Of a stretch of DNA of 39,900 bases, positions 10,459 through 20,281 are shown piece after piece; positions within the stretch are counted from its first letter, which is position 1; every line of letters starts with the position of its first letter. The translations under genes were made by a program, and so were the position numbers. Below the pieces are notes generated by a model. That model worked only from the letters and a program-made list of their open reading frames with translations, was not told where the DNA came from and made no database searches. The stretch is from the sequence record SRR20825010_5116; one strand, 5' to 3'.

Positions 10459-11519
10459 GAATTCTGTTTTTTTAAGTATTCTTTCAACCAAACGCGGTAT
10501 TTCGCCACATTTTTGTTGTGTTCGGCATTCGTTGAAGCAAAATTATGATGCCCCGTTCCATCGCCGCACAAGAAAATATAGTTGACATCTGCTGGATTTA
10601 AAACCGCTTCTACTACATCGTAGGGAGGCAAACAAATTGGTCCAGGAGGAATTCCTTTGTAAATATATGTGTTATAGGGACAATCTTTATCGCGGTGAAC
10701 ATTCAAGAGACGTTCAACTCCCTTTAATCGATCTGGCCAACAAAATTTGAATGTTGGATCTGCCTGAAGCGGAATTCCCTGTTCTATTCTATTCATGTAC
10801 AATTTCGCGATGATCGGCCATTCCTCTGGCACACGCGATTGTTCCATGTAAACAATACTCGCTAGAGTAACCGCTTGAGAAGGTGAAGTTAAACCGACAT
10901 TTTTGAGTTTTTGCATTCGTTCGGCATTCCAGAAAGAACGAAATTCAGTCGCCATAAATTCAACAAAAGCTTCTGCATCTGTATCGAAATACATTTCATA
11001 CTTTTTCGCAATAAACATGGCTGGAACTTGCTCCGCAGTGAAACCGTATTTTTTCAATGTTTCGCTCGAAAGAATATAATCCACGATTGACGCGCTATCA
11101 GCGATAATGCATTTACTAATATTCGAACCAACATCTGAAATATCAATACAGCGATTGAAAAGCACATTCACCTTTACTTCAGCTGCACCTTGTCCGTTTT
11201 CTCCTTTCACGAAACCACCGACAAGGTCGCGCATTTTTGTACCCGAAAGAATAATGTATTTCCCAGCTGCGAACTGCGTGGTATCAATTCCCTGTTCCTT
11301 TACAGCCGATTCAAACTTCGATTCAGATGAAATCACGCCATTTTTCAGCAATTCAGCCGTTAACTCAGAGAGCGTCGGGTCCGTTCTGAAAAGCAATTTC
11401 ACTTCACTAGAATTGGATGAACGATCACCATTCATAAAGAACGATTTTAGTTCACTCCGAAAGAGAAAACCTAAGATTCCAACACCCACAAAGAGTAAGA
11501 TTGCTATTTTTTTAACCAT
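10455..11519 (-). CDS. mltG: Endolytic transglycosylase MltG
   Basis: N-terminal TM; LASIVxxE, LQADPT, PYNTY...GIPPGPI, HNFAST motifs. Confidence 0.93.
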   Translation of the reverse strand: MVKKIAILLFVGVGILGFLFRSELKSFFMNGDRSSNSSEVKLLFRTDPTLSELTAELLKNGVISSESKFESAVKEQGIDTTQFAAGKYIILSGTKMRDLVGGFVKGENGQGAAEVKVNVLFNRCIDISDVGSNISKCIIADSASIVDYILSSETLKKYGFTAEQVPAMFIAKKYEMYFDTDAEAFVEFMATEFRSFWNAERMQKLKNVGLTSPSQAVTLASIVYMEQSRVPEEWPIIAKLYMNRIEQGIPLQADPTFKFCWPDRLKGVERLLNVHRDKDCPYNTYIYKGIPPGPICLPPYDVVEAVLNPADVNYIFLCGDGTGHHNFASTNAEHNKNVAKYRVWLKEYLKKQNS

Positions 11520-12022
11520 TTTTCTAGTACTTGGGTTTGAATATAAGGAGCATTTGGCAATAAGCGTATTTTTCGCGTTCCATTTTTAACATAGTTTAAG
11601 CTCAAAAATAAGTTCAAACTTGCCTCGTTTTCAGTTTCAACTAACGCAACGAGCTTTGACAGTTGAAAATCAGCTACTACGTGCGACTCTGCGAGGATTA
11701 GAGCATCAGTTGCAATTCCTTTCCTTCTATCCTCTGGATCTGCAATTAAAATTCCAATTTCTCCGCTTCCCTCTTTTCGATTAATGCAAAAAACATCTAC
11801 GGAGCCATAGATTTTGTTCGTTTCAGCATGCACGATCATATATCGAACTTGGTCAAGCTCATTGAGGTTCTGAAATGTTTGAATAAGTTGAACGATGTGA
11901 TCATATTCATAGGGCGCTTCCGTGCTCGAATACTGCCAGTTTTCGGGGTTATTTTCCCAATTGAGAATAAAATCCGCATCTTCAGTGATAGGAAGTCGAA
12001 GTAAGATATTATTTACCAACAT
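11504..12022 (-). CDS. GNAT acetyltransferase (RimJ/SpeG-like)
   Basis: LNWENNPENW, EIGILI...RRKGIA, NEASLNLF; usual position between dapF and mltG in Bacteroidota. Confidence 0.88.
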   Translation of the reverse strand: MLVNNILLRLPITEDADFILNWENNPENWQYSSTEAPYEYDHIVQLIQTFQNLNELDQVRYMIVHAETNKIYGSVDVFCINRKEGSGEIGILIADPEDRRKGIATDALILAESHVVADFQLSKLVALVETENEASLNLFLSLNYVKNGTRKIRLLPNAPYIQTQVLEKWLKK

Positions 12023-12500
12023 CTTCTAAGAATTGCAATCTTTTATGAATGTCCGCTTCGGTATAAAATGGAAGTCCAGCATACATTTGATCGATGTTAA
12101 AACCCGTGATTTCGCCCAATTCACCGCGCGTTTCCAGGTCTTTCAAAAGTAATTCCAACTTTGCAAATTTTGGTCGATCTAGAAGTTGCTCTATCGGAGC
12201 TAAACAAGTAATTTCATTAGAAAATGTCTTTTCAAAATTGAGAAAAGTACGATTCAATTGTTCACGCGTAAACTCACTCTTCAATCGAATAGCCAATGAC
12301 TTAATTCCTTTTCGATCGATGAGCTGAATAACATGCTCTACTGACAGATTTTCATCCTTTCCGTTGTATTTCAAGCTATAGTAACTCCCAGAGGCAGAAA
12401 TTCCAACATGCGGGGGGATTTTATCCGCATGAAGCACCCAGAGGTAATTTTCTGTGGATTCAAACAATGACGCGTCAAATGGAATTATTCTATCAAACAT
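12009..12500 (-). CDS. Hypothetical protein (possible permuted papain-like His...Cys enzyme)
   Basis: Overlaps both neighbours; PPHVGI and later TCL motifs; ATG at 12500 (alternative GTG at 12521). Confidence 0.7.
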   Translation of the reverse strand: MFDRIIPFDASLFESTENYLWVLHADKIPPHVGISASGSYYSLKYNGKDENLSVEHVIQLIDRKGIKSLAIRLKSEFTREQLNRTFLNFEKTFSNEITCLAPIEQLLDRPKFAKLELLLKDLETRGELGEITGFNIDQMYAGLPFYTEADIHKRLQFLEDVGK

Positions 12501-13281
12501 TTTCTTGGAGTTCAATTTCACCTGAAAAAACGTGTTCAGCCGGACCGATTAGCCAAATATTCTCATAACCTCCAGTCTCTTTTCTATTCGCTTTTACACT
12601 TAATGTCCCACCCTTCGTTTGAACCTCAATTTCACCGTCAAGAATCTTATTTAATTCCATGTAAACGAGTGCGCAACCTGTAACACCAGTACCGCAAGAA
12701 AGCGTCTCATCTTCCACTCCGCGTTCGTACGTTTCCACCGCGATTACGTCAGTAGATAATTCATTTAAGTAATTTACATTAACACCTTCATTAACATACA
12801 CTTCTGAATAACGAATGGATCTTCCGTAGGTAACGATATCAGCATCATTTCCCGACTTTAAATGAACATAATGTGGTGATCCTGTATTCACGAAAAAATC
12901 CTCTCCAACGCGATCAATTTGATCCACTGGCAACATCTCAAGATGTATTAATCCTCCCTCAATTTCTCCCCTATGTAAACCATCAATGGCACTAAAATTT
13001 GTCTCCCGATCTACTAACCCCAATTGCTTTGCAAAGGCAATACTGCAGCGTGCTCCATTTCCACAAAAACTTTTTGATCCATCTGCATTGTAATAATCTA
13101 CTTCGAAATCCACTTGAGACGAAGCATTCAATTTGATCAATCCATCCGCACCGATTCCCATTTTCCGATCACACAAAAACTGAATTTGCGACAGTGACAA
13201 ATTGTCGTATCGCCCATCCATATTATCAATCATCACGAAATCGTTTCCTGTTCCTTGATATTTGTAGAATTCTATCTGCAT
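12493..13281 (-). CDS. dapF: Diaminopimelate epimerase
   Basis: KYQGTGNDF, GIGADG, CGNGARC, NTGSPH, ERGVEDETLSCGTG. Confidence 0.97.
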   Translation of the reverse strand: MQIEFYKYQGTGNDFVMIDNMDGRYDNLSLSQIQFLCDRKMGIGADGLIKLNASSQVDFEVDYYNADGSKSFCGNGARCSIAFAKQLGLVDRETNFSAIDGLHRGEIEGGLIHLEMLPVDQIDRVGEDFFVNTGSPHYVHLKSGNDADIVTYGRSIRYSEVYVNEGVNVNYLNELSTDVIAVETYERGVEDETLSCGTGVTGCALVYMELNKILDGEIEVQTKGGTLSVKANRKETGGYENIWLIGPAEHVFSGEIELQENV

Positions 13282-13348
13282 GTTACAAAATTATGAAATA
13301 TCATGTGCGCTTTTGCTTAAATCCAATATATTTGAACAAATCCTATTT

Positions 13349-14515
13349 ATGAAAAAATTACTTTTTCTCGCGTGCTGTATTCTTCTTGGCTGTAGTTCAA
13401 AAAACACAAGGGAACTTGTGAACGAAAATGGGGGTGCAATTATTCAGGTAACGATTAATTATCAAGAATTTATTCGAGGCGAACTTGCCAATCCAAATCA
13501 AGAACGAATCCAACACACCTTATCTACTTTGAAGGATTTTAAAGGAACTCCGGATGAATTCGTGCAAAAATTTATGGATTCTTTTGAAAAAAACTACCCA
13601 AAAACAAAAATCGTTCAATACATGCAATTTGGAAAGAAAGATGGTCCAACCATTTCATCTTCCAACGATGAAATTCGAAAATACCTTACTTCAAAACTAA
13701 ATAAGTACTTAGAGTTGGATAAAACGACCATTGCTACTCGGATTCAGTCTATGGGAACATACCCTGGAGAAGTTAACATGAAAGACGACGGAATCATAGA
13801 GATATTAGCTCCAGGAGTTTCTTCTAGTCAAAAAATCGTGCAAATCACTGCTTATGGCGGGAAACTGAACTTTTATGAGAACTACGAGTTTTCTGAAATT
13901 ACTGAGTTATGGAGCAAGATTCAGTCTAAAATTGACAGTTTAGAAAACTCTTATTTGGCAGAAAACCCACAAAACAATATCAACAGAAACCCTCAACGAG
14001 AATATTTGGTTGTCGCAGATCGCTTCGTTTATGAAATACAGCATTTTATTGAACTTTTAAAGGATTCTGGGGAACTCCCCGATGACCTATCGTTTATTTT
14101 AGAAAGTAGTGGTCTCCATGATCAAACCCACGGATTCTTTCTAAGACCATGTAAAACACCAAAGGACTGGGAATCACCCATCCAATCGAGAGATATTGTA
14201 AGTTCAATTGTAGATTTAAGCGAGAATGGCCAAGTTGCCATCAATATCACTCTAACAGACGATGGAGCGAAAAAATGGGGAGATTGGACACGTGACCACG
14301 TTGGGAAAACCGTCTCAATTGTTTGGGAAAACAGAGCATTGAGTTCACCAAAAATCATCCAGCCGATTTCGGGAAATGTTACTCAAATCTCTGGAAGCTT
14401 CTCAAAAGAAGAAGCCAAGTCACTTGCAACGCTGATTCCTCGATCAAATTTATTCTTGAATTATTCACTTGTTAAAACTGACATTATTTCAGCGAGAAAA
14501 GCTGTGAAAAAATAG
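13349..14515 (+). CDS. Lipoprotein consisting of a SecD/SecDF periplasmic P1 domain without the membrane core
   Basis: Lipobox LLGC; RIQSMG...IEILAPGV and DGAKKW...VSIVWEN...SPKI...TQISGSFSKEEAKSLA match SecD P1 base/head motifs; no downstream TM helices; -7 element TATATTTG at 13327-13334. Confidence 0.75.
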   Translation: MKKLLFLACCILLGCSSKNTRELVNENGGAIIQVTINYQEFIRGELANPNQERIQHTLSTLKDFKGTPDEFVQKFMDSFEKNYPKTKIVQYMQFGKKDGPTISSSNDEIRKYLTSKLNKYLELDKTTIATRIQSMGTYPGEVNMKDDGIIEILAPGVSSSQKIVQITAYGGKLNFYENYEFSEITELWSKIQSKIDSLENSYLAENPQNNINRNPQREYLVVADRFVYEIQHFIELLKDSGELPDDLSFILESSGLHDQTHGFFLRPCKTPKDWESPIQSRDIVSSIVDLSENGQVAINITLTDDGAKKWGDWTRDHVGKTVSIVWENRALSSPKIIQPISGNVTQISGSFSKEEAKSLATLIPRSNLFLNYSLVKTDIISARKAVKK

Positions 14516-14614
14516 TGTTACAGGCTTAACAATCTTTAACATGACATTCTGGTATCTTTTCCTTCTGTGGCGTTATTATTGATGTAATTGAATTAACTAA
14601 TAAATCAGAAATAC

Positions 14615-16093
14615 ATGAATAATAACGTGAAACTTTTTGGACTTGGCTTGCTAGGAGGAACGCTTCCGTTAGCCGCTTTTTTACTTTTCGGAAATGGGAA
14701 TGCAGGAACTTCTCAATCTGACACTATTTTAGGACTCAACAATAATGACGCTGCGAGAAACGTCAATTTTGATTGGGCATCTGCTGCTCCACCTGAAGAT
14801 TTTGTTGTAGCGTCGGAAAGTAGCTTAAATTCTGTGGTACATGTTACCACGAAAGTAGAAACAGTTTCGTTTCAGCGTGACATTTTTTCAGAGTTCTTTT
14901 ACGGCCCAGGAGCTGGAGGAAGAGAATTCAAACAATTTGGTCAAGGTTCTGGATCGGGAGTGATTATTTCTGGAGATGGCTACATTGTTACGAATAACCA
15001 CGTGATTGAGAACGCGAAGGAAATCGAAGTAATCTTAAATGACAATCGCAAATACACCGCGAAAATTGTCGGAGCGGATCCATCCACGGACATTGCTGTT
15101 TTAAAAATTGAAGCAAAAGGACTCGCAGCACTTCCATTGGGAAATAGTGACAATGTGAAAGTTGGAGAATGGGTGCTTGCCGTTGGAAATCCATTTAATT
15201 TAACATCGACAGTAACGGCTGGGATTGTTTCGGCAAAAGCAAGAAACCTGAATCTTATTTCTGGAAAATCGAACTCTAACGTAGTACCGATTGAGTCTTT
15301 CATACAGACAGATGCAGCAGTAAACCCTGGAAACAGTGGTGGCGCACTTGTAAATACGCGTGGAGAACTCATTGGAATCAATACAGCGATTGCTTCACAA
15401 ACAGGAAGCTACTCTGGTTATTCGTTTGCCGTTCCAGTGAACCTTGTAAAAAAGGTTATGGCAGATATTATTGATTACGGAATTGTTCAACGCGGTTATT
15501 TGGGTGTTCAAATTGCTGACATTACACAAGAATTAAAAGAAGAAAAATCACTTCCAAACTTGAAAGGTGTGTTTGTCGCAGGTACAGTTGATGGAGGAAG
15601 TGCTCAGAAAGCAGGAATTAAAGATGGTGACGTCATTCTAAAAATTGGAAACAAGGATGTCAACTCATCAGCAGAGCTTCAAGAAGAAATTGGAAGAAGA
15701 CGTCCTGGAGACAAAGTTGCGGCAACCGTTCGAAGAGCAAAAGGCTCAACAGAAGTAATTGAATTGGTGTTGCGCAATCAAGATGGAGAGACCACACTTG
15801 TTTCCAAAGAAGAAATCAGTAAAAATGTGGCATTAGGTGCAACATTTACTGAATTATCGAGTAAAGAAAAGAAAGAATTAAACATTTCAAGCGGGGTGAA
15901 AATTAAATCGTTGAATGCTGGGAAGCTAAAATCCCTTGGTCTACAAGAAGGTATGATCATTACGAAAATCAACAATCAACCCGTGGATAGTGTAGAACAA
16001 CTTACAACAAAGCTAAATGGACAAAGTAACGGAGTGTTACTAGAGATCATGACGTCAAGTGGGAAGAAAGATTACGTTGGCTTCGGTTTGTAG
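14615..16093 (+). CDS. htrA: HtrA/DegP (Do family) serine protease with two PDZ domains
   Basis: TNNHV, DIAVLK, GNSGG catalytic triad; YLGV and ALGA PDZ starts. Confidence 0.95.
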   Translation: MNNNVKLFGLGLLGGTLPLAAFLLFGNGNAGTSQSDTILGLNNNDAARNVNFDWASAAPPEDFVVASESSLNSVVHVTTKVETVSFQRDIFSEFFYGPGAGGREFKQFGQGSGSGVIISGDGYIVTNNHVIENAKEIEVILNDNRKYTAKIVGADPSTDIAVLKIEAKGLAALPLGNSDNVKVGEWVLAVGNPFNLTSTVTAGIVSAKARNLNLISGKSNSNVVPIESFIQTDAAVNPGNSGGALVNTRGELIGINTAIASQTGSYSGYSFAVPVNLVKKVMADIIDYGIVQRGYLGVQIADITQELKEEKSLPNLKGVFVAGTVDGGSAQKAGIKDGDVILKIGNKDVNSSAELQEEIGRRRPGDKVAATVRRAKGSTEVIELVLRNQDGETTLVSKEEISKNVALGATFTELSSKEKKELNISSGVKIKSLNAGKLKSLGLQEGMIITKINNQPVDSVEQLTTKLNGQSNGVLLEIMTSSGKKDYVGFGL

Positions 16094-16154
16094 ATTAACC
16101 AGTTAACATATCGCCAGACAAACATCATTAGATTAAAAAATTGTTAATCTTTTA

Positions 16155-16187
16155 TTTGCATGGCACACTCTTTTCGTCGTATCTTTG
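16155..16187 (+). promoter_or_regulatory. Bacteroidota housekeeping promoter (-33 TTTG, -7 TATCTTTG) of rpoD
   Basis: TTTG 16155-16158 and TATCTTTG 16180-16187 with a 21-nt spacer. Confidence 0.7.
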
Positions 16188-16229
16188 CGTTCGCTTTAGC
16201 GCTAAAACAAATCTGTAGAGAAAATTTCT

Positions 16230-17096
16230 ATGAGACAACTAAAAATCACCAAGTCGATTACCAATCGCGAGAGTCAGTCATTAGACAAATACTTGCAAGA
16301 CATTGGTAAGGAGGAACTTATTACCGCGGAGGAAGAGGTAGAATTGGCACAAAAAATCAAGCAAGGGGATCAAAGAGCCCTTGAAAAACTTACAAGAGCC
16401 AATCTTCGTTTCGTAGTATCAGTTGCTAAACAGTACCAAAATCAGGGGTTGACTTTACCTGATCTTATTAATGAAGGGAATTTAGGGCTAATTAAAGCAG
16501 CACAAAAATTTGATGAAACAAGAGGATTTAAATTTATTTCCTATGCCGTATGGTGGATTCGTCAGTCAATTCTGCAAGCATTAGCTGAACAGGCGCGTAT
16601 TGTGCGTCTTCCATTGAACCAAGTTGGTTCTTTGAACAAGATTAACAAAGCATTTTCTCGACTAGAACAAGAATTCGAACGTCCACCTTCAGCAGAAGAG
16701 TTGGCGGAAGCATTGGAAGTTCCAGAAGACAAAATCAAAGAAAGTTTGAATGTATCAGGTCGTCACGTATCTATGGACGCTCCCCTATCGACTTCGGAAG
16801 ATGGTGGAACTTTGATGGACGTAATGGCAAATGCAGATTCACCAAAAGCAGATCACGCGTTGATGGCTGAATCATTACAAAGAGAAATAGAACGCTCATT
16901 AAGCACTTTGACAGACAAGGAGCGTGAAATCATTCGTTTATTCTTCGGAATTGGAATGAATCACGGTTTGACGCTTGAAGAGATCGGTGCTAAGTTTAAC
17001 TTAACACGTGAGCGTGTTCGACAGATTAAGGAAAAGGCCATTCGCCGACTCCGACATACGTCGCGCAACAAATTACTGAAAGCTTATCTAGGATAA
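16230..17096 (+). CDS. rpoD: Primary RNA polymerase sigma factor (Bacteroidota short RpoD/SigA)
   Basis: [14 protein letters not shown] start; [42 protein letters not shown]. Confidence 0.97.
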   Translation: MRQLKITKSITNRESQSLDKYLQDIGKEELITAEEEVELAQKIKQGDQRALEKLTRANLRFVVSVAKQYQNQGLTLPDLINEGNLGLIKAAQKFDETRGFKFISYAVWWIRQSILQALAEQARIVRLPLNQVGSLNKINKAFSRLEQEFERPPSAEELAEALEVPEDKIKESLNVSGRHVSMDAPLSTSEDGGTLMDVMANADSPKADHALMAESLQREIERSLSTLTDKEREIIRLFFGIGMNHGLTLEEIGAKFNLTRERVRQIKEKAIRRLRHTSRNKLLKAYLG

Positions 17097-17101
17097 GAAT
17101 G

Positions 17102-17132
17102 AAAAGCTGCCCTCCAACGGGTAGCTTTTTTT
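17102..17132 (+). terminator. Rho-independent terminator after rpoD
   Basis: AAAAGCTGCCC-TCCAAC-GGGTAGCTTTT followed by TTT. Confidence 0.85.
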
Positions 17133-17169
17133 GTTTGCAATCAATTTTAAATCAACATTTTAATTAAAC

Positions 17170-18618
17170 ATGGAAACAGCGTTGGGTTACGAAAATGAAC
17201 TAAAATCGCACCTCGAGAAAGAAAGAGCTGCAGTTAAACTGTCAAGCAAAGTGGGAGAGCTATTGTATGACAAAGGTGTGGAACTTGTATTGTTCCGTCA
17301 GCACTTATTGGATACAACAATCTCGGAAATTTTGAATTTTCACGATTATGCGGAAAAGGTTGTAAACAAACCAATTGATGTATTCACGACATCAGACCTT
17401 GCGGAGGAAATTCTTAACATGGATATCGCACCAGCAAAGTTAGACATTGGAAAATTAGCAAACGAGTGGCTAACAGAAAAAGCAAATTTCGCTTCAAAAG
17501 TTGATTTCCTTGAAAGCAAATTGGGCAATATGTCTAATGCTACGAGTCAACCATTTCAACCACGTGATGTAATCTTGTACGGATTCGGTCGTATCGGTCG
17601 TTTAGCAGCTAGAGAATTAATCAAGCAAGCTGGAAAAGGACAACAATTACGATTGAGAGCAATTGTAACACGCGACAAACCAGGTGATATCATCAAACGT
17701 GCGGCATTATTGAAAAATGATTCTGTTCACGGTGCATTCAGAGGAACGGTTGAAGTGAACATGGAAAACCAAACCATTTCAATTAATGGACAAATGGTTC
17801 AAATGATTAGCGCAAATGCTCCAGAAGATATCGATTATACGGCTTACGGAATCAATAATGCGCTGGTAATTGACAATACAGGAGCTTTCACGGATAGAAC
17901 AGCATTGAGCAGACACCTTCAATCTAAAGGAGTTTCTCGTGTTTTGTTAACTGCTCCAGGAAAAGAAATTCCAAACGTGGTTTACGGAATCAACCAAGGA
18001 ACACTTGATTTAGAAACAGAGAAAATCTATTCCGCTGCGTCTTGTACAACGAACGCTATCTCCCCTATTCTAAAAGTTATCGAAGATGAATTCGGTGTTG
18101 AAAAAGGGCACATTGAAACTGTTCATGCGTATACAAATGACCAAAATTTATTGGACAACATGCACAGTAAGCCACGTCGTGGTCGATCTGCAGCGATCAA
18201 TATGGTTATCACGTCAACAGGTGCTGGTAGCGCGGTAACAAAAGTAATTCCATCATTGGACGGGAAACTAACGGCAAACGCTGTTCGTGTACCTACTCCA
18301 AATGGATCTTTGGCAATTTTGAGTCTTTCGCTGAACAAAGCAACAACTTTTGAAGAAGTGAATGCGAAAATTAGAAATGCGGCGTTGAACGGAGATTTGG
18401 TAAATCAAATCTTCTACTCTATTGATCCTGAATTGGTTTCTAATGACATTATCGGAAACACTTGCTGTTCGGTATATGATTCAAACGCTACGATTGTATC
18501 GAAAGATGGAAAAAATGTAGTTCTTTACGCATGGTACGATAACGAATTCGGTTACACGAAACAAGTAATTCGTATGGCGAAGTATATTACAAAAGTAAGA
18601 CGCGCGATTTATTATTAA
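17170..18618 (+). CDS. gap: Glyceraldehyde-3-phosphate dehydrogenase, long form with N-terminal extension
   Basis: GFGRIGR, ASCTTN, HAYTNDQ, WYDNEFGY. Confidence 0.95.
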   Translation: METALGYENELKSHLEKERAAVKLSSKVGELLYDKGVELVLFRQHLLDTTISEILNFHDYAEKVVNKPIDVFTTSDLAEEILNMDIAPAKLDIGKLANEWLTEKANFASKVDFLESKLGNMSNATSQPFQPRDVILYGFGRIGRLAARELIKQAGKGQQLRLRAIVTRDKPGDIIKRAALLKNDSVHGAFRGTVEVNMENQTISINGQMVQMISANAPEDIDYTAYGINNALVIDNTGAFTDRTALSRHLQSKGVSRVLLTAPGKEIPNVVYGINQGTLDLETEKIYSAASCTTNAISPILKVIEDEFGVEKGHIETVHAYTNDQNLLDNMHSKPRRGRSAAINMVITSTGAGSAVTKVIPSLDGKLTANAVRVPTPNGSLAILSLSLNKATTFEEVNAKIRNAALNGDLVNQIFYSIDPELVSNDIIGNTCCSVYDSNATIVSKDGKNVVLYAWYDNEFGYTKQVIRMAKYITKVRRAIYY

Positions 18619-18634
18619 TCGACAAGAAATAAAC

Positions 18635-18674
18635 AAAAAGATCCCTTTCGTGTATGCGGGAGGGATTTTTTTTT
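18635..18674 (+). terminator. Rho-independent terminator after gap
   Basis: GATCCCTTTCG / CGGGAGGGATT stem flanked by an A run and a 9-T run. Confidence 0.88.
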
Positions 18675-18708
18675 ATTCAGAACCGTTATTTACCATTAAC
18701 CTGAGAAT

Positions 18709-19185
18709 ATGACAGATTTAAAAATTGGAATTCCAATTGGAGAAAATCAAATTCTGAAATGGGGTATGCCTAAGGAAGAATTACTTCGTACTGGCAATCC
18801 TGATGTTAAAGAAGATCAAATGTTTGCTCGTTGGAAGGGAATTAAGCTGTTTAATGACACTATGGTTGATGTGACAGTTTCTTTTTACTCCGAAAATCCA
18901 AATGGGAAATTAGAGTATGTGAGAATAGAATGTCCCGATATTGAAGAAAATGAAAACGCACCATGGGAAATCTATCACATCTATTCAGTCCTTTTCAATG
19001 AAACATTCGGAATCCCTAAAGAAAAAGGAACATTCGGAAACCGTCCTTTTGAAAGATGGGTCTTCGGAAATCATGAAATCACCATTGGTGTAGCTGAAAG
19101 ATTTATGGATTATTCCATTTTTGTAATAAAGCACAGACCCCGTTTAACCGGAATTCAACGTTTCAAAAGATTATGGAATAAATAA
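18709..19185 (+). CDS. Hypothetical protein
   Basis: 158 aa ATG ORF with globular composition; no family recognised. Confidence 0.7.
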   Translation: MTDLKIGIPIGENQILKWGMPKEELLRTGNPDVKEDQMFARWKGIKLFNDTMVDVTVSFYSENPNGKLEYVRIECPDIEENENAPWEIYHIYSVLFNETFGIPKEKGTFGNRPFERWVFGNHEITIGVAERFMDYSIFVIKHRPRLTGIQRFKRLWNK

Positions 19186-19313
19186 CTTCACTTTCTGAAT
19201 TATTACACCTCTCAGATTCACCAAACCATTTTATATTAGTGAACTATTCCTATTTTAGAAACTCTAATTTTCTATGAACATTGAACTAAAAGATAGAAAT
19301 TGAATTAACCAAT

Positions 19314-19775
19314 ATGAATCCAAGAGAAAATTTAGCCAAGCTTAATCTTGAACTCCCTGAAGTTTCTACACCTGGTGGGAGCTATGTTTCCGTGAACGTT
19401 CGTGGAAATATTGCATTTATAGCAATTCAGTTTCCAATATTAAACGAAAAGTATCTTTACCAAGGTCGCTTAGGGAACGAGCTTACAACTCAAGACGGAT
19501 ATAAAGCAATGGAATTGTGCGCTTTGAATGTTTTGGCTCAAGTGGAAATGAAAATCGGGTTCGATAAGATCGTGGGTCTGAATCACATTGATACGTATTT
19601 CCAATCTGGAGCGGATTGGGATGATTCACCAATTATTGTCAATGGAGCCTCAGATTTGTTCGTAAAAGTACTAGAAGAAAAAGGAAAACACTCAAGAGCC
19701 ATTTTCGGAGTTGAAAAACTTCCAAGAAATTTTAGCGTTGGACTAACCGCCTCATTTACCATAGAAACAGAATAA
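19314..19775 (+). CDS. RidA/YjgF family protein
   Basis: LPEVSTPGGSYV, CALNVLAQ, NGASDLF...GKHSRAIFGV..LP. Confidence 0.9.
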   Translation: MNPRENLAKLNLELPEVSTPGGSYVSVNVRGNIAFIAIQFPILNEKYLYQGRLGNELTTQDGYKAMELCALNVLAQVEMKIGFDKIVGLNHIDTYFQSGADWDDSPIIVNGASDLFVKVLEEKGKHSRAIFGVEKLPRNFSVGLTASFTIETE

Positions 19776-19843
19776 AAGCTCTTGCCTGAAACCATTTGCA
19801 CAAACACTAAATAACTGACAATAAATGTTTTATAATTCAAACT

Positions 19844-20281
19844 ATGACAATAAGAGAGGCACATATTGATGATATAAAGCAAATTCAGATCGTTAGAAAC
19901 TCAGTCGTTGAAAACACCTTATCTGACCCGAGTGTAGTTACAGATGAGGACTGTAAAATATTCATTACCGAAAAAGGACAAGGTTAGATTTGTGAGGTTA
20001 ATAAGGAAATTGTTGGTTTTTCAATAGTTGATTTGAAGGGCAACAATATTTGGGCTTTGTTTTTAAACCCAAAGTTTGAAAAACAGGGAATTGGTCAGCA
20101 ACTCCATAACGTAATGCTCGATTGGTATTTTAAACAAACAACAAAAACTGTTTGGTTGGGAACATCTCCAAAGACAAGAGCAGAAATCTTTTATAGAAAA
20201 GCGGGGTGGAAAGAAGTTGGAACACACGGAAAAAATGAAATCAAGTTTGAAATGACCTATTCAGACTGGAAGAATCGTTAG
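19844..20281 (+). pseudogene. GNAT acetyltransferase interrupted by an in-frame TAG at 19985-19987
   Basis: ATG 19844 reads MTIREAHIDDIKQIQIVRNSVVENTLSDP...KGQG*ICEVNKEIVGFS and continues in frame into the 20033-20281 ORF (IWALF...QGIG...FYRKAGW). Confidence 0.85.

Noticed and set aside
13280-13348. Longer start for the SecD-like gene overlapping the dapF start
   Set aside because: ATG 13349 gives a clean lipoprotein signal with a -7 element upstream; the extension would run across two divergent promoters
16230-17096. RpoD looks truncated (288 aa)
   Set aside because: A short primary sigma lacking region 1.1 is normal for Bacteroidota
17170-17570. N-terminal extension on GAPDH as a novel fusion
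   Set aside because: The ~480-aa long GAPDH form is a known, widespread subtype
19985-19987. Amber recoding (pyrrolysine or alternative genetic code) to explain the in-frame TAG
   Set aside because: TAG is a normal stop for several intact genes here (e.g. htrA at 16091-16093 and this GNAT's own end at 20279-20281); no pyl genes or suppressor tRNA are visible
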